From the IMG/VR virus record IMGVR_UViG_3300031857_000110: DNA of 64,000 nucleotides; one strand, written 5' to 3'. The notes beneath the pieces are model-generated. The model did no database searches, was not told where the DNA came from, and saw only the letters and a list, made by a program, of their open reading frames with translations. This stretch comes from a virus. This document shows, piece after piece, positions 19,970-30,197 of this stretch. The position numbers and the translations under genes were made by a program. Within the stretch, counting starts at the first letter, position 1; each line of letters begins with the position of its first letter.

Positions 19970-20734
19970 ATGAAATCTGAACTATTTCAATTTGCTGAAG
20001 TTGGTGGAGCTGTTCGGGATTCTTTTCTCGGAGTTCCTTCAAAAGATATAGACTTTGTTGCAATCCCAAATAATACAAATGATTGGAATTATGCAGATGA
20101 GGCTTTTACTAATTTAGTACAGGAATTATTTCATCTAGGATTCAAAGGATTTGATAGTAATAGTGGGAACTTCATTCTAAAGCCTGAATTTTTCACTGCT
20201 AGAGTGCAAGTCCCTAAAGAGAACCCTCTTCATCAACGTACAGTTGTGGCAGATTTTGTTCTATCACGTAAAGATGGACCAAGTTCTGATGGACGTAGAC
20301 CCGATTATGTTCTACCTGGAACTTTGCTTGATGATCTTAAGCGTAGAGATTTTACCATTAATGCAATGGCAGTCTTAGACGGCGAATTGGTAGATTATTT
20401 CGGCGGTCAAAAAGATCTAGAGGATCGCTTAATTCGCTTTGTTGGAGATCCACACGAAAGAATTGCAGAAGATGGTTTAAGAGTTATGAGAGCTTTAAGA
20501 TTTGTAATCACTAAAGATTTTATGCTCCATCCAGAGACCTATGATGCTATTAATTGCAGTTTAGGTGCACAGATGTTGACAAAAGTTTCTATTGAACGTA
20601 TTAGAGAAGAGCTGGAGAAAATGTTCACCTCAAATACATTGAAAACGATTTCTATTCTCAGTGGCCTTAAAGCTGATCTTCAAGAAGCAATTTTTAGAGA
20701 TGGTTTGCGTCTGATGCCGTCTTTGAAGCATTAG
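19970..20734 (+). CDS. cca: tRNA nucleotidyltransferase (CCA-adding enzyme or poly(A) polymerase head domain)
   Basis: GGAVRDSFLG...DIDF motif of class II tRNA nucleotidyltransferases; RDFTINA motif. Confidence 0.75.
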   Translation: MKSELFQFAEVGGAVRDSFLGVPSKDIDFVAIPNNTNDWNYADEAFTNLVQELFHLGFKGFDSNSGNFILKPEFFTARVQVPKENPLHQRTVVADFVLSRKDGPSSDGRRPDYVLPGTLLDDLKRRDFTINAMAVLDGELVDYFGGQKDLEDRLIRFVGDPHERIAEDGLRVMRALRFVITKDFMLHPETYDAINCSLGAQMLTKVSIERIREELEKMFTSNTLKTISILSGLKADLQEAIFRDGLRLMPSLKH

Positions 20735-21053
20735 ATTGTGACAGATTAAAATGTGTCACCGCAAGAACCCAAACCGAGTTCCCTTGCCATATGATAATAG
20801 AGCATTAAACAAACCCTCATGCCTTTCTAGTCAATGCTTGTAAGAATTATTGGAACTGCAATTGGAGTGTCTCTCTTACTTTTCATTCTTCTCTTGAGGG
20901 GACTTCCGGTTCTGTTTCTTCTTAAAATGATTCCTCTAGGAATTCTACTTTTTGTTGCTATTGCATTCATTTATGCTGGCGTAGCAAAAGATAGCTGATC
21001 AAAATCTCTGATCTTACTGTTTAACTTACCCATTCACTTCACCCTTTTTAACT

Positions 21054-21866
21054 ATGTCTCTCGTAAAAGTTGGTCTAGGTCTTGGTGCTGGCGTCCTGGT
21101 TCTTGCACTTATTTCCGGGCAATGGACAACAATCAATACAGGTGAAAACGGACTTTACACTGGATTTGATGGCCAGGTAAAGAATGAAGTTCTCACCCCC
21201 GGTATTAAATATGATGGTTTTGGTTCAATTAAAGTCTTCAATACTCGTAAGATTACGGTGACGGCAAATGACCTTCGCCCCAAGACTAAAGATAACACCA
21301 TCATGAAGGAGATGGATGTGACCGTAACCTACAGTATCAATCCCACCTCTCTCTATGATTTCTATACTGGTTATGATATGACCAATCACTCTATCAGCGA
21401 AAATGGACAAATTCAACTCATGTCCAGTTACATTGCTCGTCTGATTACTTCTGCTGTCAATCAATCTGTGGACGAATTCCCCGCTTTGGTTGTAAACAGC
21501 AGCCTTGGACAGGTTCAAGATACGATTAAGATTAATCTAAGCGAATCTCTAAAGAAAAATGGTCTTGAGGGAAAGATTACCATTGATTCAATCATTGTTG
21601 GTAAAGCTGATCTTCCTGATACTCTTGTTGAATCTGTGAACCGTGTGGTTGCGGCCCAATCTGCAAATAAAGAGCAACAAGTGAAGACTGAAACTGCCCA
21701 ATTGAAAGCTGAAGAGAACAAGGCTCTTGCATCTACTGTGACGGCACAATCTCTTGAGTATCAACGTCTTGAAGTTCTTCGTGAAGCGATGAGGAATGGT
21801 AGCATTCAAAAAATTCTGATTAATGGTGCCAATGTTCTTTCACTTTCTGATAATGTTTTTAAGTGA
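21054..21866 (+). CDS. SPFH/band-7 (prohibitin/HflK-like) membrane protein
   Basis: N-terminal TM helix; coiled-coil QSANKEQQVKTETAQLKAEENKALA...YQRLEVLREA typical of SPFH C-termini; locally higher GC. Confidence 0.5.
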   Translation: MSLVKVGLGLGAGVLVLALISGQWTTINTGENGLYTGFDGQVKNEVLTPGIKYDGFGSIKVFNTRKITVTANDLRPKTKDNTIMKEMDVTVTYSINPTSLYDFYTGYDMTNHSISENGQIQLMSSYIARLITSAVNQSVDEFPALVVNSSLGQVQDTIKINLSESLKKNGLEGKITIDSIIVGKADLPDTLVESVNRVVAAQSANKEQQVKTETAQLKAEENKALASTVTAQSLEYQRLEVLREAMRNGSIQKILINGANVLSLSDNVFK

Positions 21867-21901
21867 TAAATAATAATACCTGATATACGGCAATCTTCAG
21901 G

Positions 21902-21927
21902 AGGAGGGTGAAATTCCCTCCTTTTTA
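21902..21927 (+). terminator. rho-independent terminator AGGAGGG-tgaaatt-CCCTCCT-TTTTT
   Basis: 7-bp GC-rich stem plus T-tract read directly. Confidence 0.7.
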
Positions 21928-22121
21928 GTACCAATAGTAATGCCGTCTATTAGAGTAGAATTATGCTATCACGCATTTATACATACAAATTACTTTTGAA
22001 TAAGTTCCATACTATTATTATGGTAGTAAGAAAAAAAAAATAAGTGATGACACCTCTCAAACTTAAAAAGATCACTTCACAAACTGTCCCTCCATAACTC
22101 AACCAACCACCCAAAGGTACT

Positions 22122-22388
22122 ATGATACTCTCATACACATTGGAACTCCAAATGTTTGATGCCTACAATGACTATCCTTTTGAGCTGCTCCAGTTTTATG
22201 AAGTTATTCTTTCTTCGTCAAGGAAATCAACCATGGATCTTGAACACATTAAGCAGCAGTTAAACTGCTCAGAAGCATGTGCAAAGGATGTTTATCATTT
22301 GAGGAGTTCCCTTGATTGGTCTCTAGAAAAAGAACAAGAGCTAATTAATCTTCATAGTGCTGGTGTTTCTTTGTTGAGCCATGAGTAA
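22122..22388 (+). CDS. hypothetical protein, paralog of 25441..25890 (shared C-terminus EQELINxHxAGV)
   Basis: CSEACAKDVYHLRSSLDWSLEKEQELINLHSAGV versus CSSGCAIDVYLLRRKLDWTREQELELINTHNAGV. Confidence 0.5.
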   Translation: MILSYTLELQMFDAYNDYPFELLQFYEVILSSSRKSTMDLEHIKQQLNCSEACAKDVYHLRSSLDWSLEKEQELINLHSAGVSLLSHE

Positions 22389-22767
22389 CAATATTACAGA
22401 TGTTTTTAAGTTCAATAAAAACCCCACAGGCTTAACGTCAACTTACACTTATGAGGTTCTTTCCAAAATTTTTGATAATAATTGGCTAACTTATCTTTTT
22501 ACTGGGAAAAAACAAAGAGTTAGATATTATATTAGAGAGAGAGAAACATATAGGTATAATAAATGGTCTAATAATTCATTTTCAACATTTAGAGTTTTAC
22601 ATTACTTATCTGATTATAGTTTTTATTCATTGAGTGACTGGACATTTGTTCTCTTTTGGGATGATCCATCAGAACCACAAAGAATAATTACAGAAGCAAA
22701 GCTCAGGTATTTTGACAATACTAACATTAATGATGTTATTTTTTCCTCTGACGACATTCCAATTTAA
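22381..22767 (+). CDS. hypothetical protein
   Basis: ORF. Confidence 0.4.
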   Translation: MSNNITDVFKFNKNPTGLTSTYTYEVLSKIFDNNWLTYLFTGKKQRVRYYIRERETYRYNKWSNNSFSTFRVLHYLSDYSFYSLSDWTFVLFWDDPSEPQRIITEAKLRYFDNTNINDVIFSSDDIPI

Positions 22768-23018
22768 TTCAAACTAATCATGAAACTTCTAGTCATTGAT
22801 CTCAAAAATCCTGAAAATTCTCATTATAGCGATCCACATAAAATTGCAAGCTTTATGATGGCTAAAACTGTTAAAAATTATCCAATGTTTGCTGTTAGTG
22901 ATGGAACCAATTCTTACAACAACTTGTGACTGTGGTGAACTTCAACTGCAAGTTTTGGGACAAATTCATCATAAACGCCATCAACATAAACATACACAAT
23001 AAACTTGGCATAATCTAA

Positions 23019-23114
23019 ATGGAGAAAAAATTCAATCGGAAAAAGAATGAAACTAAAGGACACTTTATGGAGAAAAAATTCAATCGGAAAAAGAATGAAA
23101 CTAAAGGACACTTT
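23019..23114 (+). repeat. perfect 48-bp tandem duplication (x2)
   Basis: atggagaaaaaattcaatcggaaaaagaatgaaactaaaggacacttt repeated twice; in frame on + strand it encodes MEKKFNRKKNETKGHF twice. Confidence 0.9.
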
Positions 23115-23194
23115 AATGACTGACACATTGATCTGAGGTGTAGTGAGCCAGGTGATATGCTGAACTTGTTCAACACACAACGTTAAAAACCCTA

Positions 23195-23746
23195 ATGAAA
23201 ATTGACCTTTCACATTATGTCAGAAAAACTGTAAAAGTTAGATATGCCAATGGCAATGAAGCATTTGGTATAATTACAGTAAGACAATATCTACCTAGTA
23301 AATTTCTTCAATATAGACTTGTAGATAAAAACCAAAATAGAATTACAGATCATTACGCTTCTGGTAAGTGTTACTATTTTACAGAAAGTTATGACATTGT
23401 ACAAATTGAACCTATAACTACTGAAAAAACTATGGATAAACTAGATCTTATGAGCAATTTCTTTAATGCCAAAGATGCACACAAATTGTCAAGTCTTAGT
23501 GATCCAAATCAACTATTAAAAATAATTCTTGCAGAAATAGAGGAAGTAGCAAGGAATGGAAAATGGAAATATATTACTCGTTCTTATGGTTTTGGCGAAA
23601 GTGTTCTCTATGATATTGAAAACAATTATCCAACTAAAATTAAAGAAGTTTTGAATATGTTGCGTGATTTGGGGTTTACTGCTAAAATTGTAATACATGA
23701 AAATCAGTTTGTTGATATTTTTCTGCAGGTTACTTGGAATACATAA
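23195..23746 (+). CDS. hypothetical protein (183 aa)
   Basis: ORF. Confidence 0.5.
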   Translation: MKIDLSHYVRKTVKVRYANGNEAFGIITVRQYLPSKFLQYRLVDKNQNRITDHYASGKCYYFTESYDIVQIEPITTEKTMDKLDLMSNFFNAKDAHKLSSLSDPNQLLKIILAEIEEVARNGKWKYITRSYGFGESVLYDIENNYPTKIKEVLNMLRDLGFTAKIVIHENQFVDIFLQVTWNT

Positions 23747-24143
23747 AAAACTTCTATCATTGTCAAAAAATGCGCAGCCGGAACGGAGAATAAAGTGAAG
23801 GACACTTTAACGACTGGCACACACCCATACACTTTGACAAGCGTGCTCCTGCTATGATGAATCTGTTCAGCCAACAAATCTCTAATGATTGGAACAAAGG
23901 TTAGCACAGACTTAGTTGCACGAGTCCAAATTGAAAGGTTTGTAATTTCTATGGATGACCTTAAAGAGTATATGAGAAAAAAATTTAGTGCTGGTGGTTG
24001 GTATGATGTTGAGTTTCGGATCAATATCTTCTCCCCAGATTCATTAATAATTATATCACGGAAAAGAATAGTTAAGGTGTAAAAGAACATATAGATCTTG
24101 TTAATTCTGTCTGCAATCCCCACTTCTCATTTATCTAAACAAA

Positions 24144-24506
24144 ATGACTTCTACCACTCCAACTCAAACAATGAAAAAGAAAATTACTAAGGCATTAGTT
24201 TGGAATTTGACCAATATAGTGGAATTGTTTCTCATCTACCAGTGGATTTTTAATGATGTTTATTGGGCAGGAAATCTCATTAAATTTTGGATTGTATTTA
24301 TTTTTATTTGTACTCTTGCTGTTATATCTTCACCCGAAGCTGTAAAAAGACAACGTGAAATTGGACGATCTGTTCCTAAAATTTTAGCATATATTTCTTA
24401 TATTTTATCAATTGCTTTGATCGTATCTCAAGGCCATTTTGTTTTTGGTGCACTTTATACACTTTCTGCTTGTTTTGAAATTTATAATTTTGATGGAACT
24501 GATTAA
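24144..24506 (+). CDS. hypothetical multi-pass membrane protein
   Basis: Several hydrophobic helices. Confidence 0.45.
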   Translation: MTSTTPTQTMKKKITKALVWNLTNIVELFLIYQWIFNDVYWAGNLIKFWIVFIFICTLAVISSPEAVKRQREIGRSVPKILAYISYILSIALIVSQGHFVFGALYTLSACFEIYNFDGTD

Positions 24507-24509
24507 AAT

Positions 24510-24789
24510 GAAAACCTCTCCTTGGATTGTTGATGGTCATTGTGCAATTCGTGTGTTGAATGGTAGTAATTCTGACCAAATCAAAAATAGGATTGCATTC
24601 ATTGAAAAATCTCCTCGTATTCGGTTATCATCCTATACGGGTGATAACGATTATGAAAATTGGGCATATGGCCCTAAAGGAAGCAGTGGTGGAAATCCTG
24701 AAATAGACTTGACTTATGGATTTGATCCCATTTCTCGTCAATGGTGCGATGAACAATTAACTGCTATTGGTTACACACTAGGAGAATAA
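24510..24789 (+). CDS. hypothetical protein
   Basis: ORF trimmed to an internal ATG after the previous stop. Confidence 0.4.
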
Positions 24790-24791
24790 AA

Positions 24792-25106
24792 ATGAAACGC
24801 AGAATCTACAGAAAATATTGGAACCTTATCTTTAAGAAAGTTTTCAATAAGTGTCATATGCATGGCGAAGACATTGAGATTACTTGTTCAAAAATCAGAA
24901 AATATAGAAAGTATCTTCAGAGAATGAAGTATCATCATCAACAAAGTGAACAGGATTATCGTAGTGGATATGAGACTTATGGTTATGAAAGTATTGTAGA
25001 CATTGAGACCAGTCTTCTCTACATTTCAGACAGGTTTCATTCTGGATTTCGTTTAGCATGGTTAGTTAATGTTCCTGAAGAAGTTGATAAATTAATGAAC
25101 ACCTGA
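24792..25106 (+). CDS. hypothetical basic protein
   Basis: ORF. Confidence 0.4.
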   Translation: MKRRIYRKYWNLIFKKVFNKCHMHGEDIEITCSKIRKYRKYLQRMKYHHQQSEQDYRSGYETYGYESIVDIETSLLYISDRFHSGFRLAWLVNVPEEVDKLMNT

Positions 25107-25147
25107 CCATCTTGTAGAATCTCTCACTTCACACTCATCTAACCATT

Positions 25148-25360
25148 ATGAAAAACTACAGGATTAAAAAAGTAACAGAATCAAATTGTATTATGTATTT
25201 TCCGCAAAGAAAAATTCTTGGATTGTTTTGGATTGATATGTTTAGATATAACCCGTATTATGATGGGTTTGATTCTTATGAAAATGCACATGAAGCACTT
25301 TATAATGCTATTTGTAAACCTGAAGTTGAATACATTGATGTATATTTTGAAAATGAATGA
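25148..25360 (+). CDS. hypothetical protein
   Basis: ORF. Confidence 0.4.
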   Translation: MKNYRIKKVTESNCIMYFPQRKILGLFWIDMFRYNPYYDGFDSYENAHEALYNAICKPEVEYIDVYFENE

Positions 25361-25440
25361 ACACCTGATCATCTGGCACACCTCTATTCACTTTGAGGGG
25401 TGTGCTCGTGCTATGCTGCTTTCAGCAACCAAATTCCAAA

Positions 25441-25890
25441 ATGACTTCTCTTCATCTTGATTCCTCGGTTAGCGGACACCTTTTCAAAGATATTAAAATT
25501 TCTCTTTCTGATGATGAACAAGTTAATATCACACGGTTCATTAAAATTTATTATTTTGGTGATGATGAAATAACAAATGAAGAGATCTTAGACTATCCAA
25601 ATGATGTTGTAGAAGGATACACTGCTGCTCTTGGTAGGTTAAGAGGTGGGTGGTCTACAACACTTTCAATGTCTTTTAATCACAATGGGAATCCTTGTAT
25701 TAAAATTTCCGAATATGACATTGCTGGTTATGACGAAATTGACAAAATAAAAGAACAAATAGGTTGTTCTTCAGGTTGTGCAATTGATGTATATTTGCTT
25801 AGAAGAAAATTGGATTGGACACGAGAACAAGAACTTGAGCTAATCAATACTCATAATGCCGGTGTTCCATCACATGTTACATTGCTTTGA
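25441..25890 (+). CDS. hypothetical protein, paralog of 22122..22388
   Basis: Shared C-terminal block. Confidence 0.5.
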   Translation: MTSLHLDSSVSGHLFKDIKISLSDDEQVNITRFIKIYYFGDDEITNEEILDYPNDVVEGYTAALGRLRGGWSTTLSMSFNHNGNPCIKISEYDIAGYDEIDKIKEQIGCSSGCAIDVYLLRRKLDWTREQELELINTHNAGVPSHVTLL

Positions 25891-26278
25891 TATGAAAGCT
25901 AAAATTTCTGAGGATCTCTTCAAATTTTCTGAAAATCTATATGGCAATTTTACAATAAAGTGCACACATATGAAATTTTATCCAAAAGCACTCCAACAAA
26001 CTTGTTTACTTATCTTTTTACCATGAATCTCTCAGTCAATAGTTTTTATAAAAATTAATGAATAGACAGAATAAGAAGTGGCACAAAGTTAAAGATTTTT
26101 CACCCGAGACCATATATTATTAGAGAGTTCACCATCCAGCAAATGACTAACCGACAGCTTTGTATTTTGGTATTTTCCTTGTCTACTCTAGCATTCGCAC
26201 TTCAAATTAATAGCCTAATTTTAACATCATTAGTAATAAACATATCCGCAATTTTCGCTATTTACACAAGAAACTAAA

Positions 26279-26485
26279 ATGGAACCTTTTGATCTTTCTA
26301 CATCCCAAAAATTTGAGATTGAGCGCTTTAATCGCGCTATTGATAATACCACAAATATTGAAGATTTGCGTAAAATTGCTAAGCAACTTTTACAGGCTTG
26401 GTTTGTTCAAAAATCAGCAACAAGATGGGTAATGGAAGGCTCTTTAAATCGTAATTTGCCTTCTATTCCACCTCAACCAGAATAA
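26279..26485 (+). CDS. hypothetical protein
   Basis: ORF. Confidence 0.35.
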   Translation: MEPFDLSTSQKFEIERFNRAIDNTTNIEDLRKIAKQLLQAWFVQKSATRWVMEGSLNRNLPSIPPQPE

Positions 26486-26489
26486 ATTT

Positions 26490-26687
26490 ATGTTTGTTCA
26501 AATTTCTCCTGAAAAAAACATTGAAGTCTATTATATGAACAAGGAGAAGTGTGATAGCTATAATGATTTTCATGGGTATAATGAAAATGACAGTAATTAT
26601 ATCAGAGAAGGATATTATTATGAGAATATGATTGGAAATTTTAAAAGTCAGAAAGAAGCAATTGAACATGCCAAAGCTAAACTATGA
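26490..26687 (+). CDS. hypothetical protein
   Basis: ORF; ATGA overlap with next gene. Confidence 0.4.
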   Translation: MFVQISPEKNIEVYYMNKEKCDSYNDFHGYNENDSNYIREGYYYENMIGNFKSQKEAIEHAKAKL

Positions 26688-27040
26688 AAATCTCTACAAC
26701 ACATAAAAGATTTGCAGATCGGTTAAGAGGCCAACCTGCCCTAAAATATCCTGAATATTTCTTAGGACCTAATTGGAAGGATGTATTGAATTTCTGGATT
26801 TATTTGGATACTTTGAGTGATGATGATATTAGGTTAATTGATATGAGATATTTTGCTTTATGGGATTTAAATACCTTAAGGAATCTTGCTTGGAAAGCTG
26901 CTAAGGATACTATAGGTGTGTATTATGCAGAAGCATCTATTCTCACTCCTACATATGCTGGGACTTATGTAACCAGTGAACTTATTGGTTCTCATAAGCT
27001 TAAGTCTCTTAAGTTTCTCCCTTTGTTTTTAAACCTATGA
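26684..27040 (+). CDS. family-A member 3
   Basis: Conserved N and C blocks. Confidence 0.75.
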   Translation: MKISTTHKRFADRLRGQPALKYPEYFLGPNWKDVLNFWIYLDTLSDDDIRLIDMRYFALWDLNTLRNLAWKAAKDTIGVYYAEASILTPTYAGTYVTSELIGSHKLKSLKFLPLFLNL

Positions 27041-27408
27041 AAATCTCTACAACACATAAAAAATTTGCAGATCGGTTATGGGACCAACCTGTTTTAGAAT
27101 ACCCTGAACGATTTCTAGGACCTAATTGGAAGAATGTATTGAACTTCTGGATTTATTTGGATACTTTGAGTGCTGAGGATACTGATATAATTCATATGCG
27201 CTATTTGGTTTTAGGTGAAGATGCTATAGTTTATGCTGAAAACCATGATTGGAAAGCTGCTAGGGATACTATAGGTTTTACATATGCAGATGCAACTTGT
27301 CATATAACTTTTACATTTCCAAGCATTTATACAACTCTTGAACTCATTGGTTCTCATAATCTTGAGTATTTGACTTTTCTTCCATTGTTTTTAAAACATA
27401 AAATTTAA
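27037..27408 (+). CDS. family-A member 4
   Basis: Conserved N and C blocks; ATGA overlap. Confidence 0.75.
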   Translation: MKISTTHKKFADRLWDQPVLEYPERFLGPNWKNVLNFWIYLDTLSAEDTDIIHMRYLVLGEDAIVYAENHDWKAARDTIGFTYADATCHITFTFPSIYTTLELIGSHNLEYLTFLPLFLKHKI

Positions 27409-27627
27409 TCAATTATATCCATTAATCTATAATAATATTTTCACGGACACCTTTTCAACTGGCACATTATGAAAACTCTGAAAGATGTTGTTGAGCTAAA
27501 ATAAAAAAGTTCACACAAAAATCATGATTCTCTTCATTACTGTTGCAGCAATTGTGCCAGAATCAATCGCATATTCTTTAATTCTTTTTAATCTCCCTCT
27601 TGTTTGAAAAATTATTCATAACAAACA

Positions 27628-28866
27628 ATGGAACTCCGACTGCAACAAAAAAAGGCCATTGAAGTTCTTTCTCAGGCAAATAGAGGAATTATTGCAATGG
27701 CTCCAGGCTCAGGGAAAACTCTCATTCAAATTCATGATTCAAAAAGAATTTTTGAACAATCTGAAGAACCACAGACTGTTGTAGTTGTAGCGCCAAGAAT
27801 ACTTCTTGCTTCGCAGTTATCTTTTGATTATGGAAAGCACATTAATTGTGCTAAGTATCTCCATGTTCACTCAAAAATTGGAAAGGTAAATCATTATCAT
27901 ACAACAGATAAAGAAAATATCAGACAATGGTGTGAAATTCATAAGGAGCACCATAAACTAATTTTTACCACCTATCATTCACTCAAAAAGATTTATAAAT
28001 CAGGGATTACGGTAAATACATATATGTTTGATGAATCACATAATTCAACATCTGCTGGGTTTCATGAATATGTGAAAAAGGTAAGTGATAATAATCAAAG
28101 ATGCTTCCATTTTAGTGGTACACCTAGATTTAGCAGGGCACCTAAAAATCCGAAAAAGACAAAAAAACCTGGAATGAATGATCCAGTTTATGGTGAAATT
28201 ATAGTAAAAGCCACAGCAGCAGAAATGATTAAGCATGGTTATATCTTAAAGCCAAGGGTCATTTCTCATTATCTTGAATGGGTTGAAGAGAGAACTGCAC
28301 AACATGATGCAACAGATATCTTAAATATCATTAAGACATACAATCTTTCTAAACTTCTTATAAACGTAAGAAAAACATCAAATATGATGGAAATGCTTTC
28401 AGAGACAAATTTTCAAGAGTCTTTGAGAGAACTTGGCTATGATTTATTACATATTACTTCAAATTATGGTCCAGTGTATAATGGTAAAAAAATTAAAAGG
28501 GACAGATTTTTCCAACTCTTAGATAAGCTTGGTGAATCTATGGATAAAAAATATGTCATTTTAAATTATTCAATTTTAGGTGAAGGAATAAACATTAAAT
28601 CATTAGATGCTGTACTCTTACTAAGGCAACTAAATCTAATAAAACTTATTCAAACTATAGGGCGAGCAATCAGACTCTCTTCTGAGGATCAAAGGGCTAT
28701 TGATAATGGAAGCTTAAAGGCATGTGATTATATGAATTATCTTAAACCTGAAGGTTTAGTAATTATACCTGTTTATGATAAAAGACTTTTAGAGCAATCT
28801 AAAAGTATTACAACCACTGTTGAAGATGTCTATGAAAAGGGAGAACTCCCAATTATGCAAGTTTAA
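27628..28866 (+). CDS. SF2 DExH-box helicase (ResIII-like)
   Basis: Motif I APGSGKT, motif II DESH, motif III SGTP, motif VI QTIGRAIR. Confidence 0.7.
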   Translation: MELRLQQKKAIEVLSQANRGIIAMAPGSGKTLIQIHDSKRIFEQSEEPQTVVVVAPRILLASQLSFDYGKHINCAKYLHVHSKIGKVNHYHTTDKENIRQWCEIHKEHHKLIFTTYHSLKKIYKSGITVNTYMFDESHNSTSAGFHEYVKKVSDNNQRCFHFSGTPRFSRAPKNPKKTKKPGMNDPVYGEIIVKATAAEMIKHGYILKPRVISHYLEWVEERTAQHDATDILNIIKTYNLSKLLINVRKTSNMMEMLSETNFQESLRELGYDLLHITSNYGPVYNGKKIKRDRFFQLLDKLGESMDKKYVILNYSILGEGINIKSLDAVLLLRQLNLIKLIQTIGRAIRLSSEDQRAIDNGSLKACDYMNYLKPEGLVIIPVYDKRLLEQSKSITTTVEDVYEKGELPIMQV

Positions 28867-28870
28867 ACTC

Positions 28871-29230
28871 ATGAAAATCTCTTCAACACATCAACAATTT
28901 GCAAATGATTTAAAAGACCAAACTGCTCTAGAATACCCTGAACGTTTTCTAGGACCCAATTGGAAGAATGTCCTGAACTTCTGGATTTACTTGGATACTT
29001 TGAATGATGAAGAGAGTGAGTTAATTAATAAGCGTTATTGGGCTTCAGAAGATTTAATGAATTTAACAAATCTTTCTTTTAAAACTGCTGAAGCTATTAT
29101 AGGGCATGAAAATGCATCTGTAGCTTGGAGTGTCACTCCTTCATTTTCATCTGCTTGTGCAACCTGTGAACTCATTGGCTCACATAATCTAGAGTCTTTT
29201 AAGTTTCTTCCATTGTTTCTAAATATGTGA
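28871..29230 (+). CDS. family-A member 5
   Basis: Conserved blocks; start trimmed to MKISSTHQQ. Confidence 0.7.
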   Translation: MKISSTHQQFANDLKDQTALEYPERFLGPNWKNVLNFWIYLDTLNDEESELINKRYWASEDLMNLTNLSFKTAEAIIGHENASVAWSVTPSFSSACATCELIGSHNLESFKFLPLFLNM

Positions 29231-29303
29231 CACTTTAAAAACTGCCCACCTGCACACAACAACATGATAGATTTTGCTATGATTACTGTGAATTTAAGAA
29301 CCG

Positions 29304-29816
29304 ATGAACATTTTTGCAACCTCTTTTTGTCCAGAACAGTCTGCAATTGTTCTCCCAGATTTACATATTAAAAAGATGCCAATTGAATGCTGTCAAATGC
29401 TTGCTTATGTTGCATCTCCTTGGATTCACAATTACGGAACTATTCCTAAAAAAGATGGAACACCATACATGACAAAAAGAAACAGCCCTCGCCTTAAACA
29501 TCCATGTACGCTATGGGTAGCAGAATCTATTCATAATGCTCATTGGCTAATTTATCATGGGTTTATGTTGTGCGAGGAATATTTTAGACGTTATGAAAAA
29601 CAAATTGCATGTTATGGATCTCTTTTAAATGCTCTAGAAATATTTCCTGATGGTGACTTTAATAAGATTACACCATTTATTAGAGCTATGCCTGATCATT
29701 TGAAGTTTGATAAGACAATTGACACATTTACAGCCTATAAAAAATATCTTGCATCAAAATCATGGGCAGCAAACAATTATAAAAAACTTCCATCCCGCAA
29801 ACCAAATTGGATTTAA
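29304..29816 (+). CDS. hypothetical protein; weak resemblance to pyrimidine-dimer DNA glycosylase (DenV/Pyr_excise) family
   Basis: N-terminal start pattern and NAHWLIYHGFMLCEEYFRRYEK versus family block GHVLFFYDKGLYLQKRYDE, both recalled from memory; weak. Confidence 0.3.
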   Translation: MNIFATSFCPEQSAIVLPDLHIKKMPIECCQMLAYVASPWIHNYGTIPKKDGTPYMTKRNSPRLKHPCTLWVAESIHNAHWLIYHGFMLCEEYFRRYEKQIACYGSLLNALEIFPDGDFNKITPFIRAMPDHLKFDKTIDTFTAYKKYLASKSWAANNYKKLPSRKPNWI

Positions 29817-29822
29817 TTATAA

Positions 29823-30197
29823 ATGAAAATCTCAACTTCTCTTAAATATTTTCAAGACAACTATCACTATGATATTCCTAAACTTGGTTCCAATTATAAG
29901 AATATTTTAAACTTTTGGATTTTTATTGATACATTAAATATCAACCAATGGAATAAAATTGAAAAAGCTTTTTATCTAATTGAACAAGGTTACAATCTAA
30001 CAGAAATTAAACACTTTGCTGCGGATTTAAACGGCTATGCATATGAAATTCAACTTTCCACATGGGGATGTCCATATAAAAAATATAATTTATCACTAAG
30101 ATCTCCAATATTTGCAGCTTATGAACTAATTGCAATGGATAAAATTCTTGATGAAGGAAAAACTCTACAGATTTTACCACTATTTTTAGATTTATGA
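29823..30197 (+). CDS. family-A divergent member 6
   Basis: MKISTS..NYKNILNFWIFIDTL and C-terminal LQILPLFLDL. Confidence 0.55.
   Translation: MKISTSLKYFQDNYHYDIPKLGSNYKNILNFWIFIDTLNINQWNKIEKAFYLIEQGYNLTEIKHFAADLNGYAYEIQLSTWGCPYKKYNLSLRSPIFAAYELIAMDKILDEGKTLQILPLFLDL

Noticed and set aside
22914-23213. Minus-strand 99-aa ORF with duplicated VSFSFILFPIEFFLH
   Set aside because: It merely reads through the perfect 48-bp tandem DNA repeat on the opposite strand. Low-complexity artefact.
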